DNA of 60,709 nucleotides, counting the filler. It is 4 parts of 4 records of this genome, joined end to end, with 100 filler letters (N's around TTAATTAATTAA, not from the genome) between each part and the next. Parts side by side here need not be neighbours in the genome. Positions count along the whole stretch, not along the records: positions 27,613 to 43,248 come from SRR20825019_1781; positions 43,349 to 60,709 come from SRR20825019_1784; 2 more parts are not named here. One strand, given 5' to 3'. Shown piece after piece: positions 31,485 through 44,442 of this stretch (position 1 is the stretch's first letter; every line of letters starts with the position of its first letter). The notes beneath the pieces are model-generated. The model saw only the letters and a program-made list of their open reading frames with translations. It was not told where the DNA came from and did not search any database. A program made the translations under genes and the position numbers.

Positions 31485-32953
31485 TAGAATGCTCAAGGGT
31501 GCAGGACTCGTTTTCCAGTTCTATCGAGGCGTACTGTTCTTGAAGAGATTGATTACGTGCGCACTGGTACGTATACATAACATCAGGGTTGGAGCTCCTG
31601 ACCGGCTTTGACCGGCCAAGGTCACCCCACCCCACAAAGGATTGCCCTCTCTCGGCACAACCAGCGCTCAATTGATGTGGTCTTGTTCTGTAGTCCTCCG
31701 AGTGCTCATCCGAGATAACGACGAGGGATGCTGACTATTGGCCTTTGCTCAAGCAGTCGTTGGTGTCTGCGAAGTTGCGCCCAACTGACAGCGTCGGCCG
31801 GTGTGTCGGAGTGTAGCGTGCGAACTCGAGAGTCTGAGTCCACACCTCCACCGAATCACTGGGCTGTTTGCGGACAAGGGGCCCGTGAGTGCGGTATCAC
31901 TGCGATCGGCCGGGAGTCATAGCACTGCGTCCGTACTGTTCACCAGTGGCAGGTCAGTGATGAGGAGGGTTTATTTATAGTATACACACTCACATTCCCG
32001 AGAGGATAGCATGGGTTTGCAGTTCACCTGCACCATGCCGGCATGCGCACCCAGACCGTGATCAGTACATCAGGCGTGGCTTTGGCGGAGTTAGTCGCGT
32101 AGTCCGAAAAAAGCACTGCTCATCCGGGAGGGAGCTCTGAGGGCACCCAGCACCTCGATAGTCCCCATTTGGGGAGTATCATTAGTACTTCACAGTTTCG
32201 GGGAGGATCGTTGAGTGTCCTCGGACCAAGTCTCGAGCCGTAACCCCGCAATGGGCACGTGCCCATGCAGTCACCGGTCATGAACGGCATGAATCCGGGT
32301 GCCCAGTGCCGGATCCCAGCGTTGAGTCGCCGACCGCCTTGTCACGGGCTCACGAATCCAGAATCTGTTGGCTAACAGTCGTGCCAGGATACGGGCAGCA
32401 GCAGTCGTGGGACGGCGGCCCTCGGCCCTGCCCTCAGTGCGGACTCACGTGCGGGGCAAAGTTGGCCCGGAAGCCGGACAGTTCGCCCGGAAAATAAGGC
32501 TGGGGGGCCACTAGCGGCTGCGTTGGCCCGGCAGCGGCTGAGGCTGAACATGGCCAGGCATGCGCTGGAGCGGAGAGGTCAAGTGAAGGGGGCGCAGTCG
32601 ACTGCTGAGTGCTCACGGGTGGCGACGACCGGATCGTTAGTGGGGCCTTGTCAACGCTCACTGCCCTGTGTTCCCGCCCTCACGTCCCACGTCAGTGCTC
32701 TCTCCGTAACTCCCCCCCCGCCACCGTATTGATCAACCCATCAACGGCTCCATCTCCGCCGCCAGTTTCATTCGAACCGATGAGGGGCCAGCCCCGTTCC
32801 TCCCTGCCCGGGCACTGTTGAGCTGTCTTGTCACAGCTCAACACCATGCCTACACTTGCAAGGTTCTTCTTCCAGCAAGCCTGTGCAAGCTTCGTCACTC
32901 ATATTCAAATAGACATCTGCGATCATCCACACTCCCCGCACACCTTAACAAGT

Positions 32954-35900
32954 ATGATTAGGTGGACACACGGCGCCGCGCACGCGGCGACTCGGGCGGC
33001 CGTCCGTGGTCTCTCGACCCGGGCAGCAAAGGAGCTTCCATCTTCTGCCGAAGTTGTCATCATTGGAGGAGGGTCTCTCGGCGGAAGTACGTTCTACCAC
33101 CTCGCCAAGATGGGTGTCGACGTGGTGCTAGTGGAGAAGAACCGCCTTACTTCAGGGACGACTTGGCACTCCGCGGGCCTGCTGTGGCACATCTACGGCA
33201 GCACCGACACTGACATCGAGCTCATTCAATACGGCAAGCACCTGTTCCAGGACGTCATCGGGGCCGAGACCGGGCTGGACTCTGGCTGGATCAACAATGG
33301 TGGGCTCTTCGCCTGTACCACAAAGGAGCGCTTCGAGCATCACCGCAGGGTGGCCTACTTGGCACAGATGTACGGAACCGAGACACACTTTCTCACGCCT
33401 GAGGAAGCCAAGGGCGTCCACCCGCTCATGAACACCGACGACCTCTATGGCGCAATATACTCACCCGGAGATGGGACCATAGACCCGGACAGCATCGTCA
33501 ATTGTTACGTCAAGGGAGGGAAGATGGCCGGCGGCCGAGCCTTCGAGATGACTGGCGTCACCGGAATCTCCACCCGTGACGGCGCTGTGACTGGCGTGAC
33601 GACAACTGGAGGCCACATTGAAACAAAGAAGGTCGTCAACTGCTGCGGGAGCTGGTCGCAGATGGTGGGCGACTTAGCCGGGGTAAACGTGCCTTTGATG
33701 ACTCAAAAGCATGCCTATGTCGTTACCGAGAAAATTCCAGGTGAGTTCAGATGCCGCGCTTCCCTCTCCGATAGCAAGCTGAGAGTCGCTTGATGACGGT
33801 CGGACCCACCCACTTGGCCCCGCTCGCACGACTGACTCCTACCCACAGGTATCCAGGGCCTCCCTAATGTACGCGACTTCAACGCCGCGGTGTATATGAA
33901 GCTCCAAGGCGATGCCCTCGCCATCGGGGGTTACGAAGAAAACCCGATCGCCTGGGAGCCGCAGGAGGACTTTGCGTTTGGTTTGTTTGACCTCGACTGG
34001 GACGTAGGTGCTATGCGGAGGCTGGTTCGACGTGCGGTCCTGACCTTTTATTTTTTTTATTTATCTTCGGCAGACCTTCAACCCCCACATCGAGGCCCAC
34101 ATCAATCGCATTCCTGCCATTGCCGAGTCCGGCATCAAATCCACCGTGTGCGGCCCGGAGTCCTTCACCGCAGACCACAAGCCCCTCATGGGCGAACACC
34201 CGCGCCTCCAGGGCTTCTACCTAGGCTGCGGCTTCAATTCGGCCGGAATGATGTTCGGAGCCGGATGTGGCCGTGAACTGGCCAAGTGGATCCGCAATGG
34301 CCGTCCAGACCTGGACATGTTCAGGTGCGCGCCAGTCTCGTTCCGAGGGACCGCCTGACCTGAAATGTGCCTCTTTCCACAGCTATGACATCCGGCGGTT
34401 CCATGACTCTTACACCAACAACAAGAGGTGGCTGACTGAGCGCTGCCACGAGACCTATGCAAACCAGTCCATTGTGCCGTGGACGCACGATGAGCCGCAG
34501 GCAGGACGGAACCTGCGCAAGTCACCGATCCACGATGATCTGTTAGAAGACGGATGCATCTTCGGGGAGCGACACGGATGGGAGAAGCCCAACTATTTCG
34601 CGCGTCCCTTCAACGGCCGCGCGGACGTCGAGGTCCGTGACTATGACTTCTACGGATATTATGGACACACCAAGCACTCGGATTATGGCTATCTCAAGCA
34701 CCTCAGCGACCACTATTGCTTCGAATACCCCAAGTCCCACGACGTCATTGCCGCGGAGGCCCTCGGATGCAGGTAAGGATGTGAAAATGACCCCCATTCG
34801 GGATGTGACTGACCGTCTTTCAGGGACTCCGTGGCGGTGTTTGAGCAGTCTTCGTTCGGTAAGCTCTTCGTCGAAGGATCTGACGCCGCGGCCCTTCTGG
34901 GCTGGGCCTGCACAGCCAACGTCAACAAGGCCCCAGGAGCCACCACATACACTGCGATGTGCAATGATGCCGGAGGCACCGAAGCGGATTTCACCGTGAG
35001 CTGCATCGAGCCTTCAAAGCAGGGCGAGCCACGATTCTACATCACCACCGGTGGCGCGTCTTGCCAGCACAATATTAGCCACCTTGAGACCATTGCTCGG
35101 TCGATGGGCCTGAAGGACGTGTCCATCCGGGACGAGTCCGAGCAGCACGCCGTTCTGAGCGTGATGGGGCGCCACAGCCTGCCCATCCTCCAGTCTCTCA
35201 GTGACGACGACTGGTCCCTCGACGCATTCAAGTTCTCCACCAACCGCACTGTCACCGTGGCGGGCCATCGCCTCCGGGCCCTGCGCCTCACCTTTGTGGG
35301 CGAGCTCGGGTGGGAGCTTCACATTCCCAATGAGTCGGCCCCGGCAGTTTACCGTGCGATCATGGAGGCCGGCCGCCAGTACGACATTCGCAACGCCGGA
35401 TACTACGCGATCAACTCCCTCAGCGCCGAGAAGGGCTACCGCCACTGGCATGCCGATCTGCGTGCCGATGACACCCCTCTGGAGGCCGGCATTGGTTTTG
35501 TGGCTCCGCTCAAGTATGCCTTTGCTGTGACAAGTTCCTTTTGTTGCCTCATCTGACGTATTTCGCAGATCCGACAAGAAGTTCCTGGGCAGGGAGGCTC
35601 TCGAGCGACAGAAGGCGGAGGGGCTGAAGAAGCGACTTGGCTGCTTTGTGATGGAGGACCCGTCGATACCCTTGTGGGGAATGGAGGTTCTCTATCGCAA
35701 TGGTGTCCCGTGTGGTCACATTCGCTCCGCCGCATACGGTTTCAGCGTCGGCAGCAGCATCGGGTACGGATATGTGAGGCATGCCGAGGAGGCTGGCGGC
35801 GTCGTGACTCCAGGTAAGTGTGAACGGGCGAGGCGGGGCGCGGATGGGACTGACCGGAGGTGATAGATTATATGCGCGAGGGTGATTGGGAAGTGAAGAT

Positions 35901-35994
35901 TGGCCACGGTGATGGTGGCCGCCACCGCGTGCGGTTTTCTCCAAAGGCGCCATTCGACCCTTCGAACGAAAGGGTGAAGGGCATCTACGAATAA
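32954..35994 (+). CDS. SARDH: Mitochondrial sarcosine dehydrogenase (GcvT-family FAD oxidoreductase), multi-exon
   Basis: Transit-peptide-like N-terminus, [53 protein letters not shown] and C-terminal [13 protein letters not shown]. Confidence 0.9.
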
Positions 35995-36067
35995 ACGAGC
36001 CACCATGAAATTTTTGACAACACATAGTGAACAAGCGGTTGGACACAAGGGTCACCAAGGCAGCTTT

Positions 36068-39000
36068 TTATTTGGTTTCTTCACGGCGTGCCTTCTTCAC
36101 CAGGAATTTCACTCTTCCAATAAATATCTGGATCTGTTCGTACATGACATGTGCACTGTCGTACGTTAATAGGCCCATGATTGCCGAGATGACCAGAATA
36201 TCCAACCCGATCACCACCGCGGAGAAGATGTCCCGCTGCTCTCCGGGTACCTGCAGTGTCCGCAGAATTCCGAGCGACATGGTGAAGTATGTGAGACAGA
36301 GCATCGCCCCCTGGATGAGATTGGACACGTGGTTGGAGCTGGGCAGGCAGTAGAAGTGTGCCACAGTGAAGGCAAACATCACTGCCATTGCAACGGTGAC
36401 CTGAAACGTCGACGACCCGGAAAGGATCACGACGGCTCCTCCCACAATTGTCTTCCGAATCATCTCGAGGGCTTCCCAATACACATATTCCTTCTTGTAC
36501 GGTCGGTAGATGTGGATGAGAGGACCCACTTTGGTCTCATCGTGAATGACCTTTCTCCTTGCCAGAGCATACAGCACAATGAACAGAGGCATGCCGAGTG
36601 TACACACCACCACAGTGACAAACGCCGCCGACGCAAACTGCCAGTACGAGGCGTCATAACACCTCGTGGACAGGTCGTAGTGGATATAGAAGGTCTCACC
36701 GTCGTCAAAAGAGACGCAGTTGAAGAACTGAATCGCTCGATAAGACAACGGGAGGTACGACAGCTGCCACACAAGGAGGTTACAATGTGTACAGGTCTCC
36801 TTAAATGCGACAAGATTGATGCGCATATTCCGCCTTATGAGCTGAACCTTCATGGCGGCTCGCATCCCCCAGTAGCACGCGATGAGGCACACCGTGGCGC
36901 CCATGGGGATCAATGATGACAGCACCATCTTGTGGCCGTACCCGAAGCCCGCAGACTCCACAGTCTCACTCGCGCTGGCGTTGCTGTGGAAAGACACCAG
37001 CTCCCACACGCATTCCAATGATGTGGCGCGCATAAGGTCCAGGTTGACCCAGCCGAAAATCCCATCCAAGATGTTGATGCATGACGGCCACTCGAGATCA
37101 AACGTTACATCGAGACTCGTGATCACCTGGAGAAAGCCTACTCCAACCTTGAGAGACGTGGACATGGATCCTCGGACATCGCTCAGCATGGCCTTGAGCT
37201 TCATCATGCGGTTGTCCCTCTTGATTCCCTTCGCGTGGCGCTTCTGAAGCAACGAGGCCGCGGCCGCAAAGAAGGCGAACGCCATGGCCACCATTCCCAG
37301 CACGGCAAGGCTGAAGAAAATGATGCTAATGTGTGGCTCGGGGCTGCAGGGGACGCGAGTTAGCACAGGGGAGAAAAACGCGAAGGGGGCAGGCCGCCCG
37401 TTGTGACTCACCATTTGGTACAAGAGTGTGCGGCATCAGCAAAGTACCCGCTCGTGCACTCCCCGCAAACCACCCCGCTGTACCCGGCATTGCACTCCGA
37501 CGACTCGCCTCCCGCGCACGCCTTGGGATTCGAGCAAGAATGAACCTCGGAGCTGTCTTCGGAGCTCTTCCAGTACCCCGGCTTGGGCACAACAGTCAGC
37601 CCGTTGCAAACGGCACCCTGGGGGCAGACGTCGCAAGCAAAATTGGCCTCGTCATCTCCGACATCACCGCCAACAAGCCTGGCGTGGAAACCCCTATTGC
37701 ACGTAAGCTCATCCATGGTGCAGACGGCGGCATCAGGGCAGGCGCGACAGCGGTTGAGGTCAAGCGGATCCCGATAAAGCGACCCCTCGCAATAGCACGT
37801 TGCCAACTCTATTTTTTTCCCGTTGTTCTTGAGCCCCCACACATCGCAATTCTGGAGGGGGTCGTTGAGCGGTGAATCCACGTAATACTCGTAGGAAACG
37901 CGCTTTCCGATGAAATCTCCCGTCAGGTTCCTGATCTTCTGGGAGAGCAAGGGGAAGGTTTCTAGCGCGGCATCAGCCTCCTTCCCAGACCGAAGGAACT
38001 TTAGGAGCTCCTTGCTTTCGTCCTCGGTCACCATTGGGTCCACGTGGCGCAGTGAGTAGTCGCTTATCCGCACGGTCGTCTGCGAGGTAAAGCTGAAATG
38101 TGTGAAGTCATGGATGTTGTTCCCCATTAGATCCAGATATCCCCATTTTGTGAACTGCGAAAATATCACGGAGAAACTCTCTGATACTGAGGAGAGGTTG
38201 TTGAATGATAGGTCTAGATTTCTTTGGGTAATTTTTTTGACACCCCCTCCTTCACGCCCAGCAGCCTCGCCCGGTGCTATTGTCAGTGCGACCGTATCCT
38301 CCAACGAATTTCGGGACATGTTCAACCACGTGATACCCTAATACAGCATGGGTCAGCCCAACATCATGGTGATACCTGCTAGAAACAAAACTAACCGAGC
38401 TCGCCCAAGAGTCCATATCAAACGCCCGAATCTGATTGCCTGCCAGGTTCAGATAGTTGTAGTAATGACCGGAGATAAGGGACTGGGGGAACGAGGTGAA
38501 CCGATTGTTCTCCAGAATGACGCTCGCGGCATTATTGAATTCCCATTCGCCATCAGCATTGTCAATGGCACAGTCGGTGAACCGGATCTTGTTCCACTTG
38601 TCCAGTCTAGCTAATTTTGGGAAACGCGTGATGCCGGGATTGAAGCTAGCGTCAAGCGTGCGGTTTTGGTAACGAACAGTCTTAGCCGTTATTAAGCCGT
38701 CGACTCCTTCACTTGTCAGCTTGTTATGAGTCACATCCAAGAGTGTGAGACTAATCAACCTACGCTAGGGTGAGGCCCAGATCATCAATCAACATGGCAA
38801 GCACTTACGACGACAAGTCCTTCGGCACTTCAGTCAGGCTATTTTTGGAAGCAATCAACTTCCCCAGATTCGGTGTGTGCAGGAAAACCGTCGAGGGCAG
38901 TTTCGTTAACTGGTTACCCGACACGTCAACTTCTTCAATTGTATTCGGCAGATGCAACGAGGTCAAATTTCTCAACAGGTTGTCACCTGAACAGTCAGTC

Positions 39001-41015
39001 CATCAGACATAGAACGCAATCATTGAGTGTAAACCCCTCTTACTCATGTGCAATTTCTTGAGTTTCTTCATATTCGAAAGGTCCTAAAAATAGAAATACA
39101 GACCTGGTCAGTTACGGAGACAATCACCCACCCACGAGGCCCATACCGGTGCTTCTTTGAGCATGTTGTCACTCACGTCCAAGACAACAAGATTGACGAG
39201 GGCGAGCGCAAGCTCTGCCGGGAACTCGGATATCCCGTTTCCACGGACATTGAGCACCCTGATGGTCGGGGCGAATGGCAGGAGCTCAATCGGGATGCGG
39301 CCCATGGACAGGTACGGCAACACCACAGAGATCATGTCACCTGTCACAGGGTCGCACGCGATGTCTTGATCGATCAATAGAACGGCAGTGCAGATGTCTA
39401 CGGCTTTGCGGATTCTGACTTGAGAAATACCCTGGAAGTACCGAGCTAGTACACCCGCCAGGCGCTGGACCGGCTCCAAGCCAGCGTTCGCATAGGGGTT
39501 TCCGTCGATGATGATACGAGGCGACCCCCTCTTGATCATGGTCTCAATCGCAGGGCTAACGCGCGATATGTAATTGTCTCGGACACTCAGGTACTCAAGC
39601 TGTTTCAACTGCTCAACATCTTCCGGCACCTCAGTCAGGCCGCAATGTGTCATCTTCAAAGTCACCAGGGTAGACGCGTTGCCAAGGTTGGCAGGGGCCC
39701 GTGTCAGATTGAAACCATGCAGTGCGAGGTAGCGCAGCGTGCTGACGGAGGGCACCCTAGGCATAGTCCACCCAGATCCCGGGGGAAGGTAAAAATGAAA
39801 CATCTTCAGCCCACTATATGACGTTAACGCGCTGGGTAGGGTGCTATTTTTCATGCGGTCATCCAGCTTCAAGACGCCGACTGACACCGAGGTCAGTGCC
39901 GGTGCTCGCTCCAGCCCGTCCCAGAAGTCCTCAGATGGGCATACGTGGTTGACTTTGATCTTGCGCAAAGCCTTCATGTCTCCCCATCGCATGGCGCCCC
40001 GGTGCACCAAAACGGGGGAACCGTTGTTGGCCAAGTGCAAATCCTTGACACTGCGTGGAAGCGTCGGAATAGTCAGATCCGCCCCTGTGCTGTGGCCATG
40101 AATATCCTTATGGATTATGTAGACCTGAACAACTGAAGCACGGTCGAACCCTTGAAACGCAGGGCTTCCCCAGTTCATCCTCACCACAGATATAGGACCG
40201 GCCTGCCCCCAGTCCACGGTCACGTTCGCTTGAGCATCATGAAATTGCCACAACCGGAAGCCATTTAGCCCCTTCTTGGGCAGCCCCAGGATGCGGCAGC
40301 CGGCAGGGGCCCCGCCCTGCTTCACTGAGAGCCTGATGCTCCGGACTCCGCAAGGCCGAAAGTCCAGCCGTGGAGGCACTCTTACGCTGACCATTGTCAG
40401 AACGCGCAAATTCGGGAACCAAGTGGTCGCATCCACCATCTCCTGTGTCACCATGAACCTAAATTTGATGTGTACCACCCGGCCACTCTTGCAAGTAATG
40501 TCACGCCAGGTGCACGGCGACTTCATCGAGTCGAGTTTCCGCTCCATGATTTTGCGATGCCTGGCCGAGGGCAATGCCCGTAGGTAGATTTCCCGCAACC
40601 GCACCAACGCCTGATCATCGAGACCCGCCTCGGTCGTGTTCTTGTGCGGCGACGTTGCGGCCACTTGAGGCACAGAGCCATTGCCAGGGGCGGGTCGTGC
40701 TCCACTGGGCTTTCCTTCCTCCAGCTCCACCTGGGCGCTCTTATTCAGCATATTGCCCGCGCCGTGGGACACCGCACGGTAGCCCCTGCCGCACGAGCAG
40801 CGTTCCGCCGACGTCGCACTCTCACGGCAGCGCTGGTAGAGCGCGGCCAGGCGCTGGTTCTCCGCCCTCAACTGGCGCACCTGTCTCAGGAGGGCCACGT
40901 TCAGTGTTGTGCCGGAGGTGGCGTTTGCCCGTGGTTCGTCGTGGTGGCGCGGCGTCGCGGAACTCAGGAGAGTGCACAGCAGTAGCGCCCACCACAGACT
41001 GGCACACCAGCCCAT
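36068..41015 (-). CDS. LRR + Cys-rich + multi-pass TM receptor-like protein, multi-exon
   Basis: Signal peptide, many LxxLxLxxN repeats over several exons, CPQGAVC...PGYW...C..GY.G..CG.C..GY, then a multi-TM domain (FLQV, Y.PYK...YWE.LEMIRK). Confidence 0.8.
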
Positions 41016-41169
41016 CTCGTTCGAAATCTTGCGACAACGTCTGCTAGATTCTTTCCATATTCAGTGGTATACTTACACATGACCCTCCGTTCGCCAGCCG
41101 GGTGGTCATTGCTCAAAGGACTAGGAGCCTTGGGTCGGGGCCCACCAAGTCGAACACCAGTCCTGGGCA

Positions 41170-41820
41170 ACGTCAGTCACCGGCTGCCCGGCAGGCTGGG
41201 GGGCGAGCGCCGCCGTTCGGGGCGGTATCAAGAGTGTCGGGCGAGAGTCCCCTAGACTGACTCGGTGGCGCCGGCAGGCTGGCGGCCCGCCACCCGGCCG
41301 GCCCGGCCGCGCCGCGCCCGCTCGCCGGACGCGCCGGTGCCGGGGCGGCGGCGCCCAGCGGTCATCGAGACGGCGGCTCGCGGCGGGGAGTGTGGGTCGT
41401 CCTCCGCCGCCGGGGCCGTCAGAGTCATGGCCAGCACCGGTCTGGCATGCCGCGTAGGTACCGAAATGAAGAACTCTCCGGAAATTGACGGTTACACCAC
41501 TCGATCAGAATAGTGAACCGGCCCGGGCGACTGAGCTCACCCGGCCGCTCACTCAAGCGCGCCCGGACTGACCCCCGCCCGGCGGCCCCCGGCCGGCAGC
41601 CGGCACGCACGGAAGGGCGGGCCGGGAAACGTGTGAACTCCGGGCGCCACTCCGACTCCCGGCAGCCCGGCCAGGTTGGCCCTGCCGCTGCCTGGACGCG
41701 GCCCTCGCGGCTCTCGGGTGTGAGCGACCGCTCCGCACGCTAACTTTCGCCCGGCTGACCAACCGGAGTGACCAACACCAAGAGTGCTCACCCCAGGCTA
41801 ACACTGAGGAGCCGGCAGCA
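41170..41820. promoter_or_regulatory. GC-rich upstream island
   Basis: Dense CCGG/GGCC and TCAGTCA/ACTGACTC motifs 5' of the LRR gene. Confidence 0.45.
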
Positions 41821-41939
41821 CTGTTCAGTTATTTTAGTATAGAATCCAGACTTTGATGTAGGTTAGTCAGAAAGAAGCAGCTTGCGTTGTGATGTCTCTG
41901 GGTGACGAGGTCTTGTTGCCCTATGGAACCGAGTCCAAG

Positions 41940-41965
41940 GAGGACGTCTAAAGAGGACGTCTAAA
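41940..41965 (+). repeat. 13-bp tandem duplication GAGGACGTCTAAA x2
   Basis: 41940-41952 is identical to 41953-41965. Confidence 0.9.
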
Positions 41966-43248
41966 TTGCCGCTGAAGACCCTCTGCCAGTGCTGCCCCCG
42001 AAAGGCAAGATACAGAGTTTTTCACGGCGAGGACATTACAGTTGCTAGTCCAGATGCACTCTTTCAGTTCCCGCTATGGCGTTTTCGAGTGTTCGCTTGC
42101 CTCTTGGGGCCCATAAGCTTCATAGTCTGGTGCATTCTCCCACTATGCTTTATTGGCATAGTTGGCGTCAGGTTGTATTCCATTAGCATCCCTTTAAGGT
42201 TGAATCCGTTTATGTCGAGCCTCTTCCCGTCAATGCTAATGCTTGGGTTGGAAATCCTGTATTTTTTAATGCTATTTTCATTCGTGACCACCTTGTTCAA
42301 GCCATTCATGTGGGGTGCATGCTTTGTTGTGGGTTATATTCGATGGGTAAACCCCGGGTAAACCGTGGCTGTACACCGGAGGAGGCTGCCCACTTTGTGA
42401 ATGAACGACGGTACAATCGGCGCATATTATCACTCCAACCCTGCGATGTCTCAAGAAAATGCCAGGGAGATCGCAGCCTTGCTCGAGTCTGGAACGGAGA
42501 AACGGGTTGCGGAGGAGTGTGGGCGGCTGCCAGCGGGAGGCCCTTAAGAGCGCCGTGGGGAAGGTGAGCAAGCTCCACAAATGACTCAGTGGATTTGTGC
42601 CTGATTTACTGGCAATGCTTAGCGGGAGTGGCACGGGGACGGAGCTCAAGAGTTGGGAGGAAGGACTGCTCGAGGGGGTGACCTTGGCAGATTTATTTCC
42701 CATGGAATCATGCACCAGTGACACTGATAGTACCACCATCCGGTGGTACCGCCAAGCCTCAGTTCACTACAAGTATGTAACAACTGCAGGCAGAGATGAC
42801 CTTCAACCGATTGTTGAGCCTTCGTGTCGGCTTCACTCGCGCCGATCTCGCATTACAAGCGACAATTCCCTATTATTGACCTTTCATGGTATCACTAGGG
42901 GCGATTCTAACTTATTCATTGCAATTTGCCACTGTGGCGTCACGTACCCTGTTTTGTATTTATTCTTGTCTAGTAATAGTGAGACGCAATGTTGAATGTG
43001 AATAAAGTCCCCAGCTTACCTGTGCTTGAAAATTGACTTCGAGTGGACTGGTCCTAGTTTGTCGGTCGGACAACAATGTGATCGCAGTAACTGGTCCGAT
43101 TTGTACAGCAAAAGGGCAGCGCTTCGACCAGCCAGCCTTTTTGCGTGGTTCGGTGTACTGATGACATCCCGTCATTTGAGTAGGATTGTAAAAAAAAACA
43201 ACTTGCACACACAAGGTTTAGCCAGCGAAAACAATAAAGCTACCGAGG

Positions 43249-43348
43249 NNNNNNNNNNNNNNNNNNNNNNNNNNNNNNNNNNNNNNNNNNNNTTAATTAA
43301 TTAANNNNNNNNNNNNNNNNNNNNNNNNNNNNNNNNNNNNNNNNNNNN
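43249..43348. other. Artificial contig-joining spacer
   Basis: N44-TTAATTAATTAA-N44. Confidence 0.99.
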
Positions 43349-43506
43349 GGGGGGGGGGGGGGGGGGGGGGGGTTACTTGGTACGAGGCCAACTCGCGCTG
43401 TGCTGAGAGGGGCGGGAACACGAAGGGCGCAAATCAAGAAGAGATCTTCCACAGCCTATAAGTGATCACTATAACACTCTCACAGCCTTTGTGGATACTA
43501 TCGAAG

Positions 43507-44262
43507 ATGTTCACCCGTGCCGTCGAGTCATCAAAGCGCTTGTTCACTTCGCATTCATTGCAAGTACGCAACTTGAACCTGCTCTTCCTTGGAGCGCCGG
43601 GTGTTGGGAAGGGTACGTATGCTTCTCGCCTTAAAGGTGTGCTTGGCATCCCCCATATCTCCACTGGCGACATGATTCGTGACGAAATTCGTGCGGGAAC
43701 GCTGCTTGGTCACCGGATTAAAACCCTCGCTGAAGCGGGTGAGCTTGTAGACGATGACACAGTTGTTGGCCTCGCGAAAAACAGGCTTACGAAGGATGAT
43801 GTGAAGGGTGGCTTCATCCTTGATGGATTCCCTCGGACTGTTGGTCAAGCGAAAGCCTTGAAGGACTTCGCTAAGATTGACCTTTGTGTGAACTTAACTC
43901 TCCGCCAAGATATTTTGGTAACCAAGATCGGTGCCCGTCGTAGCTGTGAAGACTGTGGCCGAAGCTACAACATCGCCCATATTAAGGAAGAAGGAATCGA
44001 CATGCCTCCCTTGTTGCCAGACTGCCCTGAGGGCAAGTGTGACGACTGTGGTGGTCACCTGGTTCAGCGAAGTGATGATCGTGAAGAAGTTGTGAAGAGG
44101 CGCCTCGATGTTTACGACAACGAGACTGCTCCGCTGGTTGACTTTTACACACAGGAAGGCATCCTTCGTGATTTCCATGTGGTGGGAGGGGTTGAAGAAC
44201 TGATGCCTAAGTTTGTCGAGTTCATTCATACAGAGAAGAACGCAATCGACAACTCTGTTTGA
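43507..44262 (+). CDS. Adenylate kinase with Zn-lid and probable mitochondrial presequence
   Basis: GAPGVGKGT, HISTGDMIR, FILDGFPRT, CEDC...CDDC lid and QRSDD. Confidence 0.95.
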   Translation: MFTRAVESSKRLFTSHSLQVRNLNLLFLGAPGVGKGTYASRLKGVLGIPHISTGDMIRDEIRAGTLLGHRIKTLAEAGELVDDDTVVGLAKNRLTKDDVKGGFILDGFPRTVGQAKALKDFAKIDLCVNLTLRQDILVTKIGARRSCEDCGRSYNIAHIKEEGIDMPPLLPDCPEGKCDDCGGHLVQRSDDREEVVKRRLDVYDNETAPLVDFYTQEGILRDFHVVGGVEELMPKFVEFIHTEKNAIDNSV

Positions 44263-44442
44263 GTAACTCAAGTTACATGGGTTCATTTAGATAGCTGTAT
44301 TATATAAACACAACAGTGTCAGTGCACAATGTTGCTCCAGCATGTCAAAACATGAAGGGATCCCCAGCGTGCAGTCACGTGCTCAAAATCACACCGCGAA
44401 ACTAGGGAGGCGGAATTGCAGGCAATAGAAGCGAAAAAATGT

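Noticed and set aside
41069-41077. ATACTTAC resembling the U1 snRNA 5' end
   Set aside because: No following CTGG or Sm site; better read as a minus-strand GTAAGTAT splice donor
10041-43348. Bacterial and eukaryotic genes side by side, suggesting HGT; repeated TTAATTAATTAA
   Set aside because: The junctions are identical artificial spacers and genes are truncated at them, so adjacency across spacers has no biological meaning
43349-43372. Poly-G run (telomere or G-quadruplex?)
   Set aside because: It sits at a contig end and is typical of a two-colour sequencing artefact
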